Shown piece by piece: positions 56,762 through 64,000 of a stretch of DNA of 64,000 bases (position 1 is the first letter of the stretch; each line of letters starts with the position of its first letter). The notes beneath the pieces were generated by a model. The model was not told the origin of the DNA, searched no databases, and saw nothing but the letters and a program-made list of their open reading frames with translations. Source of the DNA: Tubiluchus corallicola (lineage: Eukaryota > Animalia > Priapulida). The stretch is taken from positions 80,654 through 144,653 of the forward strand of contig JAQGDQ010000551.1 of NCBI GenBank assembly GCA_030141605.1. The letters are read 5' to 3'. Made by a program: the position numbers and the translations under genes.

Positions 56762-57613
56762 GCAATATATCGAGTTATATACAACAGCTTCAACTAAACT
56801 CCCGCTACGTGGAGCCACCATATCATTATCATTCTGATTTTAAATTCAATTGGTCTTCGGTACATGCAAATTCAAGATGTAATCAATATGCGAAGAATCC
56901 AAGACAATAAAAATTTGAGAGAATTAATGCAGAAATTATACTTACTATGTTTCTTAAGAACGACTTAAATATTTTTATCTGTGTTATTAATTTATTAAAT
57001 GGTTAAGTTGGTGGTTAAATAAATATATTTGTGTCCGTAAGGAAAGACAACGAACACAAGGTAACATGTGACGACATCAGAAGAGTTTCGTAAAGTTTTT
57101 TCTAGTTAGAGAAAGGGGGGAAAGAGAGAGAGGGCAGCCCAATAAGTAAAAAATACGAAGTAAAACAGAATAAAATAATTGAGTGGGTGACAGGGAAAAG
57201 AACAAATAAAGGTCAGAGAAGGATCCAGGAGTGGAAGTGAATATTCCCACCAAAACAATTCGCTTTGGTATTATGCGAAATGAAGGGTTTTCGTGCTATT
57301 GACGTTCGAAAACTAGTTTTCTTTATTCTCTACTTGTGATGTTCAAAGCGACGTACTCGAATGTGACTAATCGCAAAACACTGACATTAACATGCGTAGT
57401 TCTTGTTAAGTTTGAAATTAAACTGATGTAAATGTTAATGAATCCGTCAGTCTTACCGTTGGAAGCAATGAAGGCGCAGTGCAGCTTGCATGCAAACATT
57501 GCGTGTCGCGAGCTGTAGGATTTGGCAGATCGGGTTACCGAAACCTGATCACTCCATATCAGATAAAATGCAGCAAAAGCATAGAGCGGAGGCAGAGTTG
57601 TTCGTCGACTAGT

Positions 57614-59581
57614 ATGGCAGGCAGTGAAGCAGATAAGACTGTCTACGTGAAACAAGAATCTCCCAGTCCGAATAATGCTGATGACATTAAGCAATACGCT
57701 GAAAATACGATGAACGAATTACTCGGATGGTACGGCTACGATAAGGACGACGCGGCGAACGTCGGTGAAATTCACGTGTCAAAATCCGGTGACAAAAACA
57801 GCGCTGTTTATTGTAGAAACCAACGAGAGTTGATTGCATCCGACCGGAATCGGAAAGGCAGTTCTGCAGAAGTTTCTTCGAAACCAGAGGGTTGTGTGAT
57901 TTGCGCCTGGTGCCACACCGTTGGTATGAAACTGTTCACCCTGAAGACAGCACAGGGAACTAAAGCTTTTTGCAGTGAACTGTGTTTCACGCAATGTCGA
58001 CGTGCTTCGTTCAAGAAAAATCGGGTGTGTGACTGGTGTAAGCACATACGCCACACCGTCAATTACGTCGACTTTGAAGACGAGGAAAATCAGTTGCAGT
58101 TCTGCAGTGATAAGTGTCTTAATCAATACAAAATGAACATATTCTGCAAGGAAACCCAGGCGCATCTCGAGTCACATTCTCATCAAAGGGACGATGGAAG
58201 TCCAAGTCCAAAGAGCAGTTTTGCCAGATGTAAAGAGGTGAACAAAGTGCAATTAATTACACCCCAGTTGTGGTTAGATTCTGGCAAGCCGGGTGCGCAT
58301 AAAAATTTTGATCAGAGTGACGGAAACTTACGAAAAGAACTAAAAGCCATTGATTTGTCTGGACATTCAACTGGCTTTACTAGTAACCGACCAGTGTCCC
58401 CTATGTTAACTATACCGGACAAACATCGAATCTTTTCACGCAGTCGCAGTAAACGTCAAGAAAAACAACAAAACGAGGCAAAGGTTGCATTTGCGAGTGA
58501 ATCATCTCAAAAACGTGCTTTTACAAAATCTCCTACTACAGTTACAAGCCATTCGTTCAATGGCAGTGATTCATTTACACAGAATTCGCAATTTCACATA
58601 GCAGCGCCCCAATTTCGTCCTGTTCTTTCACCACCCGTTTTGGCAACGCCCTTTCCTCAAAGACCACCAGTTGCTGAAGCAGAAGTTCTTCGCTTTCCCT
58701 ACCCGTTACCACCTTTGACGTTTTCTCGTCCAACGTTGCCTTTCTTACCGCCGTCGACACTTATGATGCCTTACCCAATCTTTGTTCCAATTCCGCTCCC
58801 TATACCCCTACCCATACCAATTCCCATGGCGAACGGAAAGCCAGATTTGCAAAAACTTCAAGAGATAGTCTCAATGAAAGGAGACAAGAAGTCAGCGGAA
58901 GGTGATGCTGAAAGCCCTGAAGAGACTAGTACAATCGGGCACTCTGTCAGGAAACATTCAACAGAGAAGAGATCTAAGAAATCTCCTAGTCCTGTTATAA
59001 TGCCTAAACGGGCCAGGCAGAACTCACCACATCAGCTTATGGAAGACAGCTCTTCACTTGACAAAAAGAGTGTAAACTGCCAAAATCCAAGACGCGAAGT
59101 CAATAAACAAGAAAGAATGCGGCCCATATCTGCCTCCAGTTTCAGGCATAGTGGTGATTTTGACATGGTCACAGTCCCTCTGCCAACTAGACCGTTGTCC
59201 ACCGATTCAAGCAAAAATGACCCTTCAAGGTTTGCTTTAAAATATGGTAGTGAGTCAAGTGATAAAGACTACTCCGACGACGACGACTTTCGCGAGCTTG
59301 ACCCTTCAAGAGTTGGTACGAATCAGGCAACTGTTAGAGAACTGGCCAAGCTGGAGAAGATTTGTCAAAGCAAGAACGTCTCGTTGCCACCCTGTGACAT
59401 TGACAACGAAATTATTCAGAAAGTGACGTCACAAAAGTGCACAATACGCTGCTGCGAGTGCGAAGGTGCAAACTGTAATGCAGAATCGGTGCCAGTTTTA
59501 GTGAAAAAAGAAAGTCCCTGCAAGGATACAGTTTCTAGTCGCAAGCTCAAGTACCACAATCGGAAAGAAAAGACTGAATAG
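57614..59581 (+). CDS. SOBP: Sine oculis-binding protein homolog (FCS-type zinc fingers), single coding exon
   Basis: YAENTMNELLGWYGYDK box; CAWC..FCSELCF.QCRRA.FKKN..CDWCKHIRHT..LQFCSDKCLNQYKMNIFCKETQA; Pro-rich PPSTLMMPYPIFVPIPLPIPLPIPIP; first in-frame ATG at 57614 (the track start 57479 is GTG). Confidence 0.95.
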   Translation: MAGSEADKTVYVKQESPSPNNADDIKQYAENTMNELLGWYGYDKDDAANVGEIHVSKSGDKNSAVYCRNQRELIASDRNRKGSSAEVSSKPEGCVICAWCHTVGMKLFTLKTAQGTKAFCSELCFTQCRRASFKKNRVCDWCKHIRHTVNYVDFEDEENQLQFCSDKCLNQYKMNIFCKETQAHLESHSHQRDDGSPSPKSSFARCKEVNKVQLITPQLWLDSGKPGAHKNFDQSDGNLRKELKAIDLSGHSTGFTSNRPVSPMLTIPDKHRIFSRSRSKRQEKQQNEAKVAFASESSQKRAFTKSPTTVTSHSFNGSDSFTQNSQFHIAAPQFRPVLSPPVLATPFPQRPPVAEAEVLRFPYPLPPLTFSRPTLPFLPPSTLMMPYPIFVPIPLPIPLPIPIPMANGKPDLQKLQEIVSMKGDKKSAEGDAESPEETSTIGHSVRKHSTEKRSKKSPSPVIMPKRARQNSPHQLMEDSSSLDKKSVNCQNPRREVNKQERMRPISASSFRHSGDFDMVTVPLPTRPLSTDSSKNDPSRFALKYGSESSDKDYSDDDDFRELDPSRVGTNQATVRELAKLEKICQSKNVSLPPCDIDNEIIQKVTSQKCTIRCCECEGANCNAESVPVLVKKESPCKDTVSSRKLKYHNRKEKTE

Positions 59582-59789
59582 GGTTAACAGTCAAATGATA
59601 AATGTTACTGACAGTCGTGTCAACGTGGTAGAAAAAACTCTTGTATCTGACTTTTAATCTTCGTACGAGGGAGACAAAAAGTTTGCCAAAAAATCTAAAA
59701 TAAAAGTTTGTTTGGATGGAATGTATAGAACTACTGAAGGAGAACTGAGGCCAAATATGATGGAAATGTGAAAGTTGTATGAGTTAATG

Positions 59790-59983
59790 AGAGAGAGAAA
59801 GAGAGAGAGGGCAGAAAGAAAGAGAGGAGAAAAGAGAGAGAGGGGAAAAGAGGGAAAGAGAGAGGGGAGAAAGAAAGAGAGAAGAAAAGGAGAAAGAGAG
59901 AGAGAGAGAGAGCAGAAAGATAGAGTGGAGAAAAGGAGAATAAGAGAGAGAGAGAGGGGGGAGAAAGAAAGAGAGAAGAACAG

Positions 59984-60033
<50 letters not shown>

Positions 60034-60120
60034 GACAGAAAGAGAGAGAGGAGTAGAAAGAGGGAAGAGGAGAAAGAGAGGGAGAGGGAAAAAGAGAGGG
60101 GAGAGAGGGGGAGAGGAAAA
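59790..60120. repeat. Degenerate (GA)n purine tract
   Basis: Visible. Confidence 0.9.
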
Positions 60121-60683
60121 ATGAAAAAGAAACCAGTAGTTGTTATTTTCTAATTTTGTTTGTTGGCTTATCTTATAATTATAAAACTTACGTAACCATG
60201 TATTATAGTTGCATTTTGTTGAAGTAACGGTTGTCATAACAACATCAAATGAGACTATTAAATGTTGTCTAGTCACTGTAATTCATTGAAATAAGTTTAC
60301 AATTACGTTCTCTATGGTGTACAACTCGTACAACTAACTATGCATGTAACCACGATTTTGTTTTTCTGAATGTTTCTCACATACATGTCTCATACCATCA
60401 GCAGCTGTAAAAACCTAAATGTGTTAAAGTGAGATTTTCAATTGAGCAATTTAGAAGTTTGTAATTTTCCTAACTTTTATTCGTCTATTTCAAACATTTT
60501 TTTAAAAATTTTCATCATGTTAATTTTAGCGTAGTTATAAAAGTAGAAATGTCATGTTGTATATATTATACTTATTATATATATATTATACTGTTGTGTA
60601 TGGTGTTAGCATGAAAAAGTTGTGATATCTGTGCTAAAATGTAAAATATACAAGAGATTAATGAAATACATTTGGTAATTTAT

Positions 60684-60840
60684 TTCATTATCTTATACTT
60701 TCAATACAGAATGTAGTACTTTCATTATCTTATACTTTCAATAGAGAATGTAGTACTTTCATTATCTTATACTTTCAATACAGAATGTAGTACTTTCATT
60801 ATCTTATACTTTCAATACAGAATGTGGTACTTTCATTATC
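60684..60840. repeat. 37-bp minisatellite, 4+ copies
   Basis: TTCATTATCTTATACTTTCAATACAGAATGTAGTACT. Confidence 0.93.
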
Positions 60841-60844
60841 TTAA

Positions 60845-61302
60845 CCCTTTCAGTCCCAAATTATTTTTTAATAAGAAAAAGTTTTTTGGCTTGGTATGTT
60901 TGTTCAGTATGTCCATCTTGTTTACACATAATAATTATTTTTTTCTACCTGTGCCCGCGTGCTAAATATAGCCTGTATCCCACGGGATACATTGGGATTC
61001 AATGGAAGCATAAAATGTGCTTCATTTTGCAACTGCTGATAATTTTTTAAAGTATTTAAGACTTTTAGTATGCAGGCTATGCTGATCTGTACAAAGTCGT
61101 CTCTAAAGTACTGTACCTTGCACAGTTTTTTATGCTATGTAGATTTTCTAGTTTGCAATTTTATCACCATTTTAGTCTATCGTTATTGGCTTAAATCAAA
61201 ATAACTATTAACAGATCAAATAACTGTCAGTTTTAAAATTTTATTAATTTTAAAGGCAGAAAATATTCTCGTATCACACGGGATACAGCGGGTGTGAAAG
61301 GG
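60845..61302. mobile_element. piggyBac-like MITE
   Basis: TTAA|CCCTTTCA ... TGAAAGGG|TTAT; internal palindromes GTATCCCACGGGATAC (60975) and GTATCACACGGGATAC (61271). Confidence 0.75.
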
Positions 61303-62306
61303 TTATACTACATTTAAATGCAGAATGTTTCACTGAAATTACACTTAGGATTATACTCGTAACGTAAACATTTTAAACCTGTTTCACGATTGAGTGCCCA
61401 GCATCTTTGTAAGTCTACTTACTACAGGTGAGCGTATAAAATTGATTGTGCCCTTAAATTGGATGGTGTTGTGACTCGCATTTCGCTGAAAATTACCAGT
61501 CTGTGAAATATTATACCCACGAGACGAGCCACGTTGTGAAGTCTCTATAAAAACCTCGAATATCTGATACTTTCAGGCAGAGAAGATGGCGTAACTGATA
61601 TTATAATGACAGTAACCGTATCCGTAGTACAGATTAAAGGCGTAATGGCATATGCTTTAAAACCAGAGTATCAGATGACAACGTATACAATGTACAGAAA
61701 AGCATAATGGGCATAATATTCGATTGCACTGTGTTTGAATAACTGGTTCTAATGGTGGTGAAACAGATACGAGGCTAGGGTCTAAGAACAACTGCATTCT
61801 GGGTGACCTTTGACCCTGCAGTAGGACCTGTTAGTTCGTACCATTAGCTCCTTATATGCTGCCTTGATATATATTATAATATTGCACTTTTAAACTGTCT
61901 TTCTCAACGAGTGGGCCATTTTCAAATTTCTCACGAAATCAATTAAAATGTATAGCAATGATTAGTGTTTACCGATTTGACATGCAGACATACTTCCAGT
62001 TGTAAAATAAAAGTACAGTACATTTCATAGATGTGCCCTGACTGAATGTGATGTTTGTCATTATCGTCGTCGTTGTCGTCACTACCGTCACCGTCATCAT
62101 TGTCCTCACAATCGTCATCGTTTCTTATCACCATCACTATCCCCGTTGCTGTTGCTGTTTACATTTTTATTTTGACACTGAACTTTCGTTGTCTCCATTT
62201 TTTGCGCATGCGCTGTAGTCACTTCCTACTGTTAATGTAAGTGGTCCTACGTCGTTTATTCTTGATAGTAGAACTCAGGTTGTTGTTGTTGTTGTTTTAC
62301 TTTCAT

Positions 62307-62968
62307 TAAAACATAAAGCTTGAAAAATTCGTTTTGAAATTTTATATCACTTGCATACTACCTTTTTGCAAACAGGACTTCAATCGGCAGTCACGCTGTA
62401 TAAAACATGTAAATTTAAACTCCCGCGATGACCGTTAGACGCAGCCATTTTCACGACAGGTCATTTGAAACAAGTTTAGATAACATTTTGTAAAGTTTGA
62501 AAAAATAATCAGAACATTTGTAAAGCACGTCACTAAACGAGTAAAATTTTAAATTACTGTATCTTGTGAATAAGATTAAAAATGCGTTTTTGGTTACTGA
62601 GTGGTGCACCCTGGAGGGTGAGTCAGCGACATTTTACGAATTGGTGAAAACATTTTAAATAATGAATAATTTTCTTTTCTAGTTACATAAATCTCTCTAG
62701 CATTAAGCGAAAATCTAAATAATATAGATTTGCACGGAAAGTCTTTTGAGACATAATTTAACATTGCCGTTTCTTCCCTTGATTTACGTTTGGTACATGA
62801 CGTCATGTAATGGCGACTTCGAAACAATATTGAGGGAGATTTAAAATGAGAACAAACTAAAATTGCTTTCAGTGCGAGTACAATATATGCATAAAATTGC
62901 TATAAAGTAATATAATTTTTTAAGGCGATTTTTCTGAAACCTACTTCAGGTGCCCCTTTTCTTGTCTT
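62307..62968 (+). mobile_element. MITE family K, copy C (left end truncated)
   Basis: Matches copy B; ends TTTTCTTGTCTT|TTAA. Confidence 0.87.
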
Positions 62969-62972
62969 TTAA

Positions 62973-63699
62973 GGCAGTTTTGGCTTCTTCGTTTAAACCT
63001 TCTTCAGTTATCCTGCCTCGTTAAAGTCTCAGGTGATTTTTTGATTTTAACTGTTCCGAAGCGGAGAATGTTTAAGACAGCCATCTTTGATCGTGCTCAG
63101 TAAAAATTCTCTCTGCCCAAGTTTCCAGTAATTTCTCTGATGCTCTTGGGATATTCAGTGCTAGGACATGTGAACAGGAAATTTGCTTTTATTAAAAGTT
63201 ATTAGCCAAATTTGTTCTTGATCCCTCGTGAAGGGATTTTTCCTCTGCGTCCATTGAAATAAATGTTCTGGCGGCAAACATCAAAGGTTATGAATTACTT
63301 TATTTCTTCAATTCATCTCGTTCTACAAGAGCCAGGCGCAGGACAGTAAAATTGCAGAATCTTTTTCCCTAAACTAAAAATGTGTAGTATTTATTTAGTT
63401 CACCTTGGCAAGAAGTGGTATTTTTGTGTGTAAAAGATTGCTAATAAAGACTTGGCCATATTTCTGTAAATCGTATACCAACTGGAAAATGTATGACGAC
63501 ATAAGAATTAGCTACATATTTTCTTATATTGGGAAATTAGTTTTTACAAGTCGCTTATATTACTGCAAGGCTTCTTTTTCGTAGTTGTAGTTCATTGGGT
63601 GCTCAACAGATGGCGCGATAGCACAGTGTTTTATGTCAGCTGAGACTTTAACGAGGCAGGATAACTGAAGAAGGTTTAAACGAAGAAGCCAAAACTGCC
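62973..63699. mobile_element. Non-autonomous TTAA-flanked DNA transposon with perfect 60-bp TIRs (Kolobok-like)
   Basis: 62973..63032 is the exact reverse complement of 63640..63699; TTAA on both sides; GG..CC termini. Confidence 0.88.
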
Positions 63700-63703
63700 T
63701 TAA

Positions 63704-64000
63704 AGGACAAGAAAAGGGGCGCCTGAAGTAGGTTTCAGAAAAATCGTCTTAAAAATTATATTACTTTATAGCAATTTTATGCACATATCTTGCTCGCACT
63801 GAAAAGAGTTTTAGTTTGTTTTCATTTTAAATCTCCCACAATACTGTTCCGAAGTCGCCATTGCATGACGTCATGTACCAAACGTAAAACAAAAGAAAAG
63901 GCAATGTTAAATTATGTCTCAAAAGACTTTCCTTGCAAATCTACATTACTTAGATTTTCGCTTACCTGATAGAGAGATTTATGTAACTAGAAAAGGAAAT
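63704..64000 (-). mobile_element. MITE family K, copy D (runs off window end)
   Basis: TTAA|AGGACAAGAAAAGGGGC..; same orientation as copy A. Confidence 0.87.

Noticed and set aside
57479-57613. N-terminal 45-aa extension of SOBP
   Set aside because: Starts at GTG; the first ATG (AGTATGG, good Kozak context) is at 57614, although an upstream spliced exon cannot be excluded

Overview
AT-rich, microsatellite-dense animal (probably marine invertebrate) genomic DNA; there is no prokaryotic content. Three genes are supported. (1) A 5'-incomplete 13-exon + strand gene (2352..45504) reconstructed by hand from GT-AG sites with consistent phases (2417 nt, about 805 codons including stop). It encodes 5 PAN/Apple domains, a ZP module, a furin site (KRKKR) and a TM helix, i.e. 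a NompA/NOAH/cuticlin-class apical-ECM protein. Its sixth exon reads through for about 400 extra codons into a basic S/T/P-rich tail, suggesting an alternative isoform. (2) An intronless, motif-degenerate class A GPCR (- strand, 49689..50729) with a decayed paralog fragment beside it. (3) An intronless Sine oculis-binding protein (SOBP) gene (+ strand, ~57614..59581). The non-coding DNA holds a 5S-rRNA-headed SINE, TTAA-flanked Kolobok-like MITEs in inverted pairs and a nest, hAT-like and piggyBac-like MITEs, CR1/L2 3' fragments, a decayed PHD/CCCH ORF1, and many micro- and minisatellites. Most long ORFs in the track are microsatellite artefacts. All family assignments are from recognition by eye, not database searches.
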